A DNA stretch of 33,494 nucleotides from Nitrosopumilaceae archaeon (GCA_046759945.1 JBHIDF010000001.1:1-33494), one strand, 5' to 3'. Shown: positions 1-8,575, numbered from the stretch's first letter. Notes: generated from the letters alone by a model not told the origin. Made by a program: numbers and translations.

Positions 1-500
1 CCTGAAAGAAAAATTGGTCTTGCTCTAACTTCACACCCTCCTTTTTTGAAATTTACCGTGAAGGTGACATCAGGAGAAATGTAATCCACCTGTGTCTTAG
101 TCTTTCTGCTGAATCGCTTGCCTAATTCCTTAGTGATATCAGCTTTGATGCTGTCAATGCCTTTTAGTCTAAACTTCGACCGTATCTGATCATCTCTATC
201 CAATATCGAAGGTTTCAATATTGCCCCTACAAGGAATGATGAAAATTCAAAATTAGAAGATGAATAAAGCATCTTACTGACGTACGTGTTGAGGTTAGAC
301 ATTACATTTCTACAGATATAGCATTTTGGGGTTGTTTTTTTTCCTGGCATTCTAGTCGCATTTTCCAGTTTTTTACGTGAAGAGAAGGTAGATGTATTTG
401 CAAACAATCGTTCAATACAGCTGGAGCAGAGGCCATATTCATTTAGAATTACTTTTGTATCTGGTATGATCTGAGTGACAGGTTTATTGATTCGCTTCAC
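1..500 (-). CDS. pus10: tRNA pseudouridine synthase Pus10, N-terminal part (gene runs off the left edge)
   Basis: Not in the supplied track because it is edge-truncated. Reverse-strand translation from GTG at 500 gives VKRINKPVTQIIPDTKVILNEYGLCSSCIERLFAN...KCYICRNVMSNL...FLVGAILKPSILDRDD. The paired CxxC zinc knuckles followed by a THUMP-like segment match archaeal Pus10 N-termini. An in-frame stop lies 4 codons upstream of the GTG. Confidence 0.65.
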   Translation of the reverse strand, partial: MKRINKPVTQIIPDTKVILNEYGLCSSCIERLFANTSTFSSRKKLENATRMPGKKTTPKCYICRNVMSNLNTYVSKMLYSSSNFEFSSFLVGAILKPSILDRDDQIRSKFRLKGIDSIKADITKELGKRFSRKTKTQVDYISPDVTFTVNFKKGGCEVRARPIFLS

Positions 501-567
501 AAAATCATCTAATCAACATTGTGTTTATTCATAATTATTAAAATCAGAAAGTAACGGAGACATCTTT

Positions 568-1893
568 TTAACTCAGTCCCATTTTTCGGAGCATTCCCTG
601 CATCTGTCTTCCCTTCGATGCCTTCATCACATGTTTTGAGTTTTTGTAATTTTTTAAAAGTTCTTTCACTTCGTGTTCTGGCCAGCCGGAACCTCGTGCA
701 ATTCTTTTAATTCTAGTTGCGTTGATGAGATCAGGGTTTTCCTTTTCTTGCGTTGTCATACTTTGTATTATGTATCTCCATTTTTGCACTCGATCTTCCA
801 TTTGATCAAGTTGATCCTCCTTTACGGCTCCTGATAATCCTGGCATATTATCTAAAAAACTTCTGAGTGAACCGACTTTCGTTACTTCTTCAAGTTGATA
901 ATAAAAATCGTCCATGTTCATCTTACCGCTTGAGATTCGTTTGAGTCTTACCTCGTCAGCTTCATTTTCTAATCGCTTTGCCAAATCAAGAACTGCTTGG
1001 ATGTCGCCCATTCCTAGCAATCTGCCCACAAACCTAGTAGGTGAGAACGCTTCAATGTCGTCAATTCTTTCTCCAGTTCCCACGTACATTATTTGAGCTC
1101 CTGTTGCCGAAGAAGCTGCGATTGCACCACCGCCCTTTGCAGTACTATCGAGTTTTGTTATTACGATGCCACCTACGGGGACAACTTTATGGAATGCTTC
1201 GGCCTGACTTTGACATTGTTGTCCGATGGTGCCATCAATTACAAGCAGCGCAAGATCCGGATTTGCTGCTTTACTGATTTGTGTCATCTCATCCAGCAAA
1301 TCCTTTTCTTTCTTGTGTCTTCCAGCTGTATCAATAAGTATTATGTCGAGATTTGATTTTCCAAAGTGTTTCAGGCCATTTTTAACTACTTGCGGAGAAT
1401 CTTTGTTGCTTTCCTCCCCATAAACTTCAATTTTTGCTTTCTCACACATTGTTTTTAGCTGAGTCAGAGCACCAGCTCGATAGGTATCGGCACCTATCAC
1501 ACCCACTTGGTAACCTTGTCTTGTTAGGAACTTTGCAAGTTTTGCGGTAGTAGAAGTTTTTCCACTACCTTGAATTCCAAGCATCAAGACCCTGTTCAGC
1601 GTACCGGGTTGGAAGGAAAACTTAGTTTCAGTGCCTAGTAACTTTGCAAGTTCATCATACAGAATCTTTACGATATGATCCTTTCTTGAGAGTCCCGGTG
1701 GAGGAGTTTCGTTAAGTGATCTTTGTTCTATGTTTTTCGATATATCAAGGACGAGCTTAACGTTCACATCTGCTTGCAAAAGTGATCTCTGTACGTCCTT
1801 GGCAAGTTCTTTGATTAACTCTTCATCTATTCCCGATGAATTTACGATTTTTTTTATTGCAGCACGAAGACTGGTCTTTAGATTATCAAGCAA
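568..1893 (-). CDS. srp54: Signal recognition particle 54 kDa protein (SRP54 GTPase)
   Basis: 441 aa. GTPase motifs GIQGSGKTST, DTAGR and TKLD, with a Met-rich C-terminal M domain (QMQGMLRKMG). Confidence 0.95.
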   Translation of the reverse strand: MLDNLKTSLRAAIKKIVNSSGIDEELIKELAKDVQRSLLQADVNVKLVLDISKNIEQRSLNETPPPGLSRKDHIVKILYDELAKLLGTETKFSFQPGTLNRVLMLGIQGSGKTSTTAKLAKFLTRQGYQVGVIGADTYRAGALTQLKTMCEKAKIEVYGEESNKDSPQVVKNGLKHFGKSNLDIILIDTAGRHKKEKDLLDEMTQISKAANPDLALLVIDGTIGQQCQSQAEAFHKVVPVGGIVITKLDSTAKGGGAIAASSATGAQIMYVGTGERIDDIEAFSPTRFVGRLLGMGDIQAVLDLAKRLENEADEVRLKRISSGKMNMDDFYYQLEEVTKVGSLRSFLDNMPGLSGAVKEDQLDQMEDRVQKWRYIIQSMTTQEKENPDLINATRIKRIARGSGWPEHEVKELLKNYKNSKHVMKASKGRQMQGMLRKMGLS

Positions 1894-1894
1894 T

Positions 1895-2578
1895 TTACTT
1901 TTCTAAGATTGCCTCTGTTATTTCTAACCTTCCTCTGTAACCATCCCATATTTTGTTGGATTTAAGAATTTTAAGTGGTGAAGAAAACAAAGGACAGTTT
2001 GTAACTAGCGTTTCTGCTTCTCCGCCCTCAAAACTTAGATTAAAACCATGTGTGATTGAGAGTTTTTCCAGCCGATCTATTTCTTCATTTGTAATTTTTG
2101 TACCTAACCATGTTTCGTCCAGTCCGCCGGCCGAGACGCTGGTAATTATGAACTGGAATTTTGACTCGATCAACATATGCATGTATTCTTTTTGATTCAT
2201 TTTCCAGAGTGGTGAAATTATTTGTAATTTTAGTTTCGAGCAAATCTTTTCAAATTTTTTTTTCTGAAACTCACTTAATATCCCACCGTAAACTAAACCA
2301 TCTATATGGAATCTGTTTTTTGCTTGCTTTAGTGTTCTCTCTAGTACGTTAACCTGCAAATTGGTATTGTCAGAATCTAGTTGAGCAAAAGCGTGAGGAA
2401 TCTCCATTGATTTTGCCTGTAGTCTAGTGAGGTGTACGTTCGGATAATGAAACAGAGTACTTTCACTAGATTTTGGGAAAAATGTTACTAGGCATTTGAT
2501 ATCATGTTCTTCTGATTTTGCCTTGTATATGGCAAAGGTGCTATCTTTACCTCCAGAAAATAGGGCTGCTAACTTCAT
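1895..2578 (-). CDS. PP-loop ATPase of the MJ0570/Dph6 family (diphthine-ammonia ligase-like)
   Basis: 227 aa. N-terminal PP-loop MKLAALFSGGKDS. The length and C-terminal GGEAET-type segment fit the archaeal diphthamide synthetase family. Its stop lies 1 nt from the srp54 start. Confidence 0.7.
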   Translation of the reverse strand: MKLAALFSGGKDSTFAIYKAKSEEHDIKCLVTFFPKSSESTLFHYPNVHLTRLQAKSMEIPHAFAQLDSDNTNLQVNVLERTLKQAKNRFHIDGLVYGGILSEFQKKKFEKICSKLKLQIISPLWKMNQKEYMHMLIESKFQFIITSVSAGGLDETWLGTKITNEEIDRLEKLSITHGFNLSFEGGEAETLVTNCPLFSSPLKILKSNKIWDGYRGRLEITEAILEK

Positions 2579-2595
2579 TTGACATTACAAATTGG

Positions 2596-2757
2596 TTAAC
2601 TCTTTTCCATATCATGTACCTTCCTGCTACAATTTTCACATAGACTAAGGTTTCCCTTTACCGTGATTTCGACGTTAGAGGCCAAACAAACATGACACAA
2701 TCCTCTCACATTATAGCATAAGGACCCTATTGTATAACATATTCTGTTCTCGTTCAA
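2596..2757 (-). CDS. Candidate 53-aa Cys-rich small protein (two CxxC knuckles), below the track cutoff
   Basis: Own translation from a TTG start: (M)NENRICYTIGSLCYNVRGLCHVCLASNVEITVKGNLSLCENCSRKVHDMEKS*. It fills an otherwise empty 261-nt gap and ends 17 nt before the next gene on this strand. An AT-rich TATA-like stretch (ctaaaattaagaa on the minus strand, about 2786-2797) lies roughly 30-35 nt upstream. Confidence 0.35.
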   Translation of the reverse strand: MNENRICYTIGSLCYNVRGLCHVCLASNVEITVKGNLSLCENCSRKVHDMEKS

Positions 2758-2839
2758 TGACGAAAAACTTTGGATGCTTCAACATTCTTAATTTTAGTTG
2801 GAAATCAACTAGCTTTTCCAGTTATTACTAGTATCAAAA

Positions 2840-3232
2840 CTAACTTTTTATGCGTACTACTTTAGTTCGTTCCATTACCTTCCAGTACTCTATGTCCTGT
2901 CCTTGAGCCAGTTTACCCTTGATTTCGTCCTCAATCATGTTTGCGTCAAACACTTCAAAGGTTTCAGAATCCATTATCTGAGTTATAGTATCAGTTTTAG
3001 AAATTACCTGACCCGCTCTCTTGTCAATAAGAGGAACTTCTACCTGAGCACTGACGGGATTCACCATGGCACGCTTTACATTATCAAAAACTCCGACACC
3101 CACGATTCTAGCTTTGGCAGCTCCATGTTTTCCTGGTTTACTCTTGTCGTATTCAACTATCCTACAAGGTTCACCATTAAGTAAAATGTAAGAACCAATT
3201 TTTAACGCACCCAGTTCTGACGGTTTACTCAT
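2840..3232 (-). CDS. eif5a: Translation initiation factor 5A (aIF5A)
   Basis: 130 aa. Hypusination loop SKPGKHGAAKARIVG, followed by a C-terminal OB-like domain. Confidence 0.95.
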   Translation of the reverse strand: MSKPSELGALKIGSYILLNGEPCRIVEYDKSKPGKHGAAKARIVGVGVFDNVKRAMVNPVSAQVEVPLIDKRAGQVISKTDTITQIMDSETFEVFDANMIEDEIKGKLAQGQDIEYWKVMERTKVVRIKS

Positions 3233-3252
3233 GACAAAAACAGAATTCTGAA

Positions 3253-3264
3253 GTGTATATAACT
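3253..3264 (-). promoter_or_regulatory. BRE/TATA-like box for aIF5A (AGTTATATACAC on the minus strand)
   Basis: The box ends 20 nt upstream of the ATG at 3232, which implies a leaderless or near-leaderless mRNA. The AGTTAT(A/T)TA core is the same as upstream of both tRNA genes in this window. Confidence 0.5.
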
Positions 3265-3267
3265 TTT

Positions 3268-3879
3268 CTATTTTAGTTTGTCAAGTATAGAGAGGCTAAC
3301 AAGATTAGTCATCGTTATTCCTTTACGACATACATCACGTCTTGTCGTCTCACAATATTTGTTATCACTTTGGTAGCTGTTATCGCTCGAAACTTCAAGA
3401 ACAACTAGATTGTTACTGTAAGGGAAAGTAAATTTTGGGTTTTTACTTGCATGCAGATCAAGATGTGCAATTCCTGCCTTTCTCACCTTATCTCGTTTTG
3501 CAATTGCTGATGCTACCTCTGAGATATCATCATCAGACTCTCCGTACTCCAAATAGTAAACCGAAACAAAATTTAGTTTCCCTCCGACCTCTCTTTCAAA
3601 AAGATCACTATATACTGTAAAAATTAACGAAGGTTTATCCTGTTTGTATTTTGACACGCCGCTGAGCATCTTTTTGTGATCCTTGAATTTTCCAAGAAGA
3701 TAGTGATTTGAACATGAAGGAAAGTATCTTTTACCTTCTTGTGAAAATGTTGCCGTTACGAAATATACGTTTCCTACATTTTTGGAGCGCTCCCACGTTT
3801 CCTTCATTTCAACAGAACGGTGATTGTGTAGGTAAGGGGTACAAACGTAGCCTCCTTGTAAGGCCGGCAGTTGATTCAC
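3268..3879 (-). CDS. Hypothetical protein (203 aa), no family recognised
   Basis: Long ORF with non-repetitive, protein-like composition and a GTG start. A TATA-like ttttaaataac lies about 26-35 nt upstream on the minus strand. No motif I can assign. Confidence 0.55.
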   Translation of the reverse strand: MNQLPALQGGYVCTPYLHNHRSVEMKETWERSKNVGNVYFVTATFSQEGKRYFPSCSNHYLLGKFKDHKKMLSGVSKYKQDKPSLIFTVYSDLFEREVGGKLNFVSVYYLEYGESDDDISEVASAIAKRDKVRKAGIAHLDLHASKNPKFTFPYSNNLVVLEVSSDNSYQSDNKYCETTRRDVCRKGITMTNLVSLSILDKLK

Positions 3880-4039
3880 TGAAAGTGGGGGGATACGATA
3901 TGTTATTTAAAAGATTGTTAGATCTGATCAATTTCATTATAAATACACTTTAAGAATCGTGTATAGTGATTTGGAGTTTAAGTTGTCCGAAGTTATAGGT
4001 TCATTTTTTCTTAATAAGCAAACCCACCAGGTTGACCAT

Positions 4040-4052
4040 AGTTATTTAATAC
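4040..4052 (+). promoter_or_regulatory. BRE/TATA-like box for tRNA-Tyr (AGTTATTTAATAC)
   Basis: Ends 22 nt upstream of the tRNA 5' end at 4075, the spacing expected for an archaeal TATA box. Confidence 0.55.
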
Positions 4053-4074
4053 TAAAAAGCAGCGTGAACTCTGT

Positions 4075-4196
4075 CCCACGCTAGCTCAGCCTGGTAGAGC
4101 TTCCGGCTGTAGTGATTGGCTTTTGGCTAATTGAAATTTCAGCCTATCAGGCTTACAGACACCGGGTTGTCGCAGGTTCAATTCCTGCGCGTGGGA
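4075..4196 (+). tRNA. tRNA-Tyr (anticodon GTA) with a 48-nt intron at the canonical 37/38 position (4113-4160); no encoded CCA
   Basis: Hand fold. Acceptor CCCACGC/GCGTGGG. D arm GCTC-AGCCTGGTA-GAGC. Anticodon stem TCCGG/CCGGG. Loop CT-GTA-G[intron]A. Variable loop TTGTC. T arm GCAGG-TTCAATT-CCTGC. Discriminator A. Intron TACAG pairs with the CTGTA of the anticodon loop, as expected for a bulge-helix-bulge substrate. Confidence 0.9.
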
Positions 4197-4240
4197 CGTA
4201 AAAATAAAAGTTCAATAGTATAGAATAGTTTTGATGATTG

Positions 4241-4741
4241 ATGGGTGCCGACAGCTGGACTAACTTAGATAAAGTAGACCAAAAAATCATCGAAATTCTA
4301 AACGAGAATGCGCGTACTCCTTCAAAGGAGATTGCTTCTGAATTGAGAAAGTTAGGCCACGACGTTTCCGATAGAACGATAAGAAAAAGAATAGAGAGGT
4401 TGGAGAAAAGTGGAATCATTAAAGGATACAAAGCCGTACTAACTGAGGTATCAGGTTCAGATGAATCTGAGGCTGTATTTCTAAAATTCAAGGCTTCAAA
4501 ATCACTTGATACCACAAGAGAATTAATCAAAGAATTTGTGGTGACACTTCCAAATTATCTATTCATTGCAACTCTCGAGGGAGACTGGAACATGTTAATC
4601 GTTTTGAAAACTGAAGATGCACAGAAAAATCCAGCGTCAAAAATAGTTGAAAAATTCTCTGAACATATATCAGACTACAGAGCGAGTAATTTCCGAATGA
4701 GAGATGTCAATTTGTTAAACATGTCCCTTCTGTTGCTTTAG
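4241..4741 (+). CDS. Lrp/AsnC-family transcriptional regulator
   Basis: N-terminal HTH LDKVDQKIIEILNENARTPSKEIASELRKLGHDVSDRTIRKRIERLEKSGIIKGY, then a ligand-binding-like C-terminal half. I prefer the ATG at 4241 over the TTG at 4238 used by the track. Confidence 0.85.
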   Translation: MGADSWTNLDKVDQKIIEILNENARTPSKEIASELRKLGHDVSDRTIRKRIERLEKSGIIKGYKAVLTEVSGSDESEAVFLKFKASKSLDTTRELIKEFVVTLPNYLFIATLEGDWNMLIVLKTEDAQKNPASKIVEKFSEHISDYRASNFRMRDVNLLNMSLLLL

Positions 4742-5491
4742 AATAATTTCGTCAATCTCTACCTTTTCTAGTGCCTTATGAAGATCATCGATGTTAAATG
4801 GTTTCTGAATAAATGCTGATGCCCCACCACTTATAGTCTTACGTACTCTCTCAGAAGTTTTTTCATCCGCAGTTATCAGTATAATTGGTAGATCAAGTTT
4901 TGATTCTATGAGTTTGCCTGCTACAACATCCCCATCAATATCAGGAAGTCCCATATCCAACAATACAATGGGGCCTTGTGGTAATTTGAAAAGTTCTTTG
5001 CTAGCTTTTACAGCCTCTTTCCCAGAATTAAAAATGTGGACATTATCGTAACCGAGTTTTCCCAAATAGTTCTTTAACTTCATAACTACAGCGTCGCTGT
5101 CCTCAACAATTACGACAGGACGCGTTTTTCCAACTGTCTTAGGTATCAGTTTTTTTGACTTTTCAAAGGCATTTTTTGCGTCATCATACTGACCGACCCG
5201 CAGAAAACACTTCGCCGCACAAAGATAGGCGCCCTTGGCATCGTAGTGACTTTCTTTATTGGCCATTTTCAAGTATAATTTTCCTGCTTCCATGAATTCG
5301 TCATGATTGTCTTTGCCCTGACGAGCTTTACATTCAGCAGCAAGAACGTATAGTAAAGCAGATCGAAAACTGTCTGACTTTTTTTCTCTTTCTGCTAGTC
5401 TCAAAAACAGATTGTGCGCAGAAATGTTTTGTTTATTTTGCATGTGTGTAAAGGCAAGGTCAAAATCTTGCTTGATACTTTTATCTACCAT
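4715..5491 (-). CDS. Response regulator: N-terminal helical (TPR-like) domain plus C-terminal CheY-like receiver
   Basis: 258 aa. Receiver hallmarks lie in the C-terminal half: acidic pocket VVIVEDSD, phospho-acceptor context IVLLDMGLPDIDG, ILITAD, and the conserved Lys in FIQKPF. No DNA-binding output domain and no adjacent histidine kinase. Confidence 0.8.
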   Translation of the reverse strand: MVDKSIKQDFDLAFTHMQNKQNISAHNLFLRLAEREKKSDSFRSALLYVLAAECKARQGKDNHDEFMEAGKLYLKMANKESHYDAKGAYLCAAKCFLRVGQYDDAKNAFEKSKKLIPKTVGKTRPVVIVEDSDAVVMKLKNYLGKLGYDNVHIFNSGKEAVKASKELFKLPQGPIVLLDMGLPDIDGDVVAGKLIESKLDLPIILITADEKTSERVRKTISGGASAFIQKPFNIDDLHKALEKVEIDEIILKQQKGHV

Positions 5492-5557
5492 TATAAAAGA
5501 ACCAAGTTTTGGTTTTATATGATTTTATAGGGTCTAAAAAAAGGCTATTTTCATAAA

Positions 5558-6637
5558 TTATGGAGTGATGATGGCCCTGCCTATTATTTTTCTTTGCCGG
5601 AGATCTTCTAATGCGGTATTTGCCTCTTCAAGTGAATACCTCTTTGATATAATTGGATTAATTTTGCCGTTTTTTGCTAATTCCAACAATTCAATCATGT
5701 CTGAATAGCTTCCTGTATAAGCACCTTGAATGGTAATTGCTTTGAGTGGAATAGTCACTAGTTGTAGCTCAATCGAACCTCCAAAAAGTCCTACTAAGAC
5801 AAAGTTACCTCGTTTACGTAAAACTGCCAGTCCCGTTTTGGCAGTTTGTGGAGCATTTACAAAGTCAATCACACTATCAGCACCTTTGTTATTACAAATA
5901 GAAATTATTTTTTGTACTGCACTTCCAGATCCGGTTGTAACAGAACCAATGACATTCGTATTTACAACAAAATCTGCCCCCATCTTTTTTGCAGTTTGAA
6001 ATTTTTTGTCATCTAAATCAACACAGATAATTTTAGCTTTTGTTATTGCTTTTGCAATTTGTATTGCCATCAATCCTAATCCGCCAGCTCCAATGATTAC
6101 TAAATATTCTGGCGAATTAGAATTTGCTTTCTTTACTGCGGTGTACGCAGTTAAACCAGAACAAGCTAATGATGCTGCCGCTTCTAGGTCGATTCCTGAA
6201 ATCTTGGCCAGAAATTTGGAATTAGGTACTAGAACATATTCTGCATATCCGCCATCTCGAAAAACACCAAGAGATTTTGGTGTGTCACAAAGGTTGTCAT
6301 TTCCAGCTCTGCATGCTGGACACTTGTCACCACAGCCTATCCATGGATAAACGAGAACTTCGTCACCTCTAGATATCCCTTCAACCCTATTTCCTAAATC
6401 AAATACGGTTCCTACAATCTCATGGCCAGGTGTAACTGGGTACTTTACTCCTCTGTCTGTTACTTTCATAAATGTACCATCACCGAGGTCATAACCTCCT
6501 TCCCATAAGTGTAAATCACTGTGACAAACACCCACAGCTTTTACTTTTACTACAACTTCTACGTCATTGGGCTTCGGAACATCCAAATCCATCATCCGAA
6601 GTGGTTCTTTTGGAGCTACAATTTGTGCTGCTTTCAT
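5558..6637 (-). CDS. Zinc-dependent alcohol dehydrogenase (MDR superfamily)
   Basis: 359 aa. Catalytic Zn motifs GVCHSDLHLWEGG and GHEIVG, structural Zn loop CGDKCPACRAGNDNLC, and Rossmann IIGAGGLG. Confidence 0.9.
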   Translation of the reverse strand: MKAAQIVAPKEPLRMMDLDVPKPNDVEVVVKVKAVGVCHSDLHLWEGGYDLGDGTFMKVTDRGVKYPVTPGHEIVGTVFDLGNRVEGISRGDEVLVYPWIGCGDKCPACRAGNDNLCDTPKSLGVFRDGGYAEYVLVPNSKFLAKISGIDLEAAASLACSGLTAYTAVKKANSNSPEYLVIIGAGGLGLMAIQIAKAITKAKIICVDLDDKKFQTAKKMGADFVVNTNVIGSVTTGSGSAVQKIISICNNKGADSVIDFVNAPQTAKTGLAVLRKRGNFVLVGLFGGSIELQLVTIPLKAITIQGAYTGSYSDMIELLELAKNGKINPIISKRYSLEEANTALEDLRQRKIIGRAIITP

Positions 6638-6734
6638 GGAAGTAATCTCTTTAGATTTACAATATAAGAGTTGACTGGGAGGGAGAAAAAAATAGAGTAT
6701 TTAGATATTATCAAATTACAAGGACGTCGTCGTA

Positions 6735-7394
6735 TTGAGTCAAGAAATTAATCCTGAAAATATTGCGCAAGCCCCAGTTAACATACTATTCAATCCTGTT
6801 GCTGTTTCAAAAAAAGATGTTTGGGAGATAAACATAATAGAAATTTTGGAAATACTAATAAAGATTCTAAATGAGGCAGGCAAAAAAGACCTTCGAATCG
6901 CAGGTATCGCTGCTTTATCATCTGCAATGATTCATAGAATGAAGGTGGAAAGCATTTTTGCTCTACAAAAAGCGGCAATGGAAAAGGAGCCTCTCCGTCA
7001 AAAACCGAACGTGAACATAGAGATGATTAATATGCCATATCGTCACGAGTCCACATATCCTGTAACATTAGATGAGCTTCTAGGCTTACTCGAAAATCTG
7101 ATTGGAGCTATAGCAAACCCGCGCACAAGCAGGAGAATGATGCAATTTGAACCGGTTCAGGTTCCCGACTTTAAAGACTACTTTGTATCGCTTGAAAACA
7201 TAATAGGCAAATACGAAGATCTAATTGTAAAAAAGATCCGCGTTGAAGGTTCTGGGTTCTTCCGTTCAATAGTAGCAGATTTGGAACCGATTGATAAGAT
7301 ACGAACGTTTTTTGCAATCTTGTTCTTGGCAAAAGATGAAAAAATAGAACTAGAGCAAACAGAGGACGATATCAAGATAATTTTGGTAAAATAG
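6735..7394 (+). CDS. scpA: Segregation and condensation protein A (ScpA, kleisin)
   Basis: 219 aa, TTG start. Has an N-terminal ScpA-like helical region and a C-terminal winged-helix-like IDKIRTFFAILFLAKDEKIELEQTEDDIKI. Sits directly upstream of scpB. Confidence 0.7.
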   Translation: MSQEINPENIAQAPVNILFNPVAVSKKDVWEINIIEILEILIKILNEAGKKDLRIAGIAALSSAMIHRMKVESIFALQKAAMEKEPLRQKPNVNIEMINMPYRHESTYPVTLDELLGLLENLIGAIANPRTSRRMMQFEPVQVPDFKDYFVSLENIIGKYEDLIVKKIRVEGSGFFRSIVADLEPIDKIRTFFAILFLAKDEKIELEQTEDDIKIILVK

Positions 7395-7462
7395 AAGTTC
7401 ACAATCTGATCAACGACAAGTAAGGGCTCCTTTTAAGTACATCAGGACGGATTTTTTCCCAA

Positions 7463-8038
7463 ATGGGAAAGATTGAAAGTGATGAGGAGGCAACGGCCAG
7501 GCTAGAAGCTGCACTCTATTCAGCCGGGCGTCCCTTATCGATTGAGGAGTTAATTAAAGCCTCAGGAACTGAGTCCCGCAAAAAAACGCTCGCATTACTC
7601 ACAAACATATCAAGAAAGACAAAGTCTGCATTCGAAGCAATTGAAATCGCAAATCTTTCTGATGGTTCCTACGTATTTCAGCTGAAACCTGAGTTTAATG
7701 CCGTGATTCGAAGGTACGCTTCCAAGCCCATCCTCCCTAATGCAACCCTCAAAACTCTCTCATATATTGCGTACATGCAACCAATTTCCACAAAACAGCT
7801 GGTAGAGACGCGTGGGTCTGGCGTTTATATACATCTGAAATACCTACGGCACCTTGACTATATCGAGCATCAAAATGTGGGAAGATTGAAGATATACACT
7901 ACTACGAACAAATTCCAAAAATACTTTGGAATACAGGGGGATACGGACACCTTAAAAGAAAAGCTCTTCAAAAAGGTTCGAAGTAAGGCAGCAACTCAAA
8001 AATCACCGGAAATTATGACTGCACAAGCTGCCGCATAA
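7463..8038 (+). CDS. scpB: Segregation and condensation protein B (ScpB)
   Basis: 191 aa. ScpB signature LEAALYSAGRPLSIEELIKASG, plus a second winged-helix LSYIAYMQPISTKQLVETRG. Confidence 0.8.
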   Translation: MGKIESDEEATARLEAALYSAGRPLSIEELIKASGTESRKKTLALLTNISRKTKSAFEAIEIANLSDGSYVFQLKPEFNAVIRRYASKPILPNATLKTLSYIAYMQPISTKQLVETRGSGVYIHLKYLRHLDYIEHQNVGRLKIYTTTNKFQKYFGIQGDTDTLKEKLFKKVRSKAATQKSPEIMTAQAAA

Positions 8039-8057
8039 TTTCTAATTTAGCCTTTTG

Positions 8058-8498
8058 TTACAAATCTAGGTACATCTCAATGTGAGGAATACCCACCCTC
8101 GTGAAGATTTGGCCAGATTCTACAAAACCATATTTTTCATAAAAGGGTTTAACATCATATATAGAATCTAAGATGATTTTTTCCGTTTTTCTTTCTCTAC
8201 AATATTGTGTGATTTTTTCTAGAGATTTAAAGCCATAGCCCTGCCCTCTATACTCTTTCAAAATTCCCATCCTTTCAATTTTTGAAACCCTACCCGCACA
8301 TCTTAATCGCAGTGTTCCTATCACAGTGTCATCCAATTTTATTAGAAATTGGGTTGCTAGCTCATCGTTAGAATCAAAGATCTCGTTTTCCGAAATATTG
8401 AATTCTGAACCAAATATTTCTTTTCGTATTTGTTTTATGGTGGGCCAGTCGGAGCTTGTGGCTTTTTCTATGCTAATAGTCACACAATAACTGTACAA
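8058..8498 (-). CDS. GNAT-family N-acetyltransferase
   Basis: 146 aa. Acetyl-CoA binding motif RGQGYGFKSLEKI. The start is ambiguous: TTG at 8498 or GTG at 8483 (giving MTISIEKATSSDW). Confidence 0.8.
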   Translation of the reverse strand: MYSYCVTISIEKATSSDWPTIKQIRKEIFGSEFNISENEIFDSNDELATQFLIKLDDTVIGTLRLRCAGRVSKIERMGILKEYRGQGYGFKSLEKITQYCRERKTEKIILDSIYDVKPFYEKYGFVESGQIFTRVGIPHIEMYLDL

Positions 8499-8575
8499 GT
8501 GTGATGGGTATAAATCAAAAGTCTGAAGAATTAGTACCAGTTAGAGTATAAATTAGAGGGTCTTAAACGCAGGAT

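Noticed and set aside
914-1423. Cluster of plus-strand ORFs (60-87 aa) inside srp54; similar antisense ORFs inside adh (5730-6350), tfb, hemA, sufD, sufB, cobA, hemC and hemL
   Set aside because: All are antisense to strongly supported genes and have biased, low-complexity translations.
3930-4010. Possible small ncRNA (TATA-like boxes at about 3903 and 3937, T-run at 4004-4009), and C/D-box sRNA in this gap or in the tRNA-Tyr intron
   Set aside because: No convincing C (RUGAUGA) or D (CUGA) box pairs and no stable hairpin. The 3903 box is better explained as the promoter of the divergent 203-aa ORF.
3268-4200. Possible integrated element or genomic islet at tRNA-Tyr; possible 2H-phosphoesterase (HxS motifs HRSV, HASK) in the 203-aa ORF
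   Set aside because: No integrase, no direct repeat of the tRNA 3' end, and no obvious compositional shift. The two HxS motifs lack the hydrophobic context and spacing of true 2H enzymes.
4153-4530. 125-aa minus-strand ORF from the track
   Set aside because: Its 3' part lies across the tRNA-Tyr gene and the rest is antisense to the well-supported Lrp regulator gene. The L/S/F-rich composition is typical of an antisense artefact.
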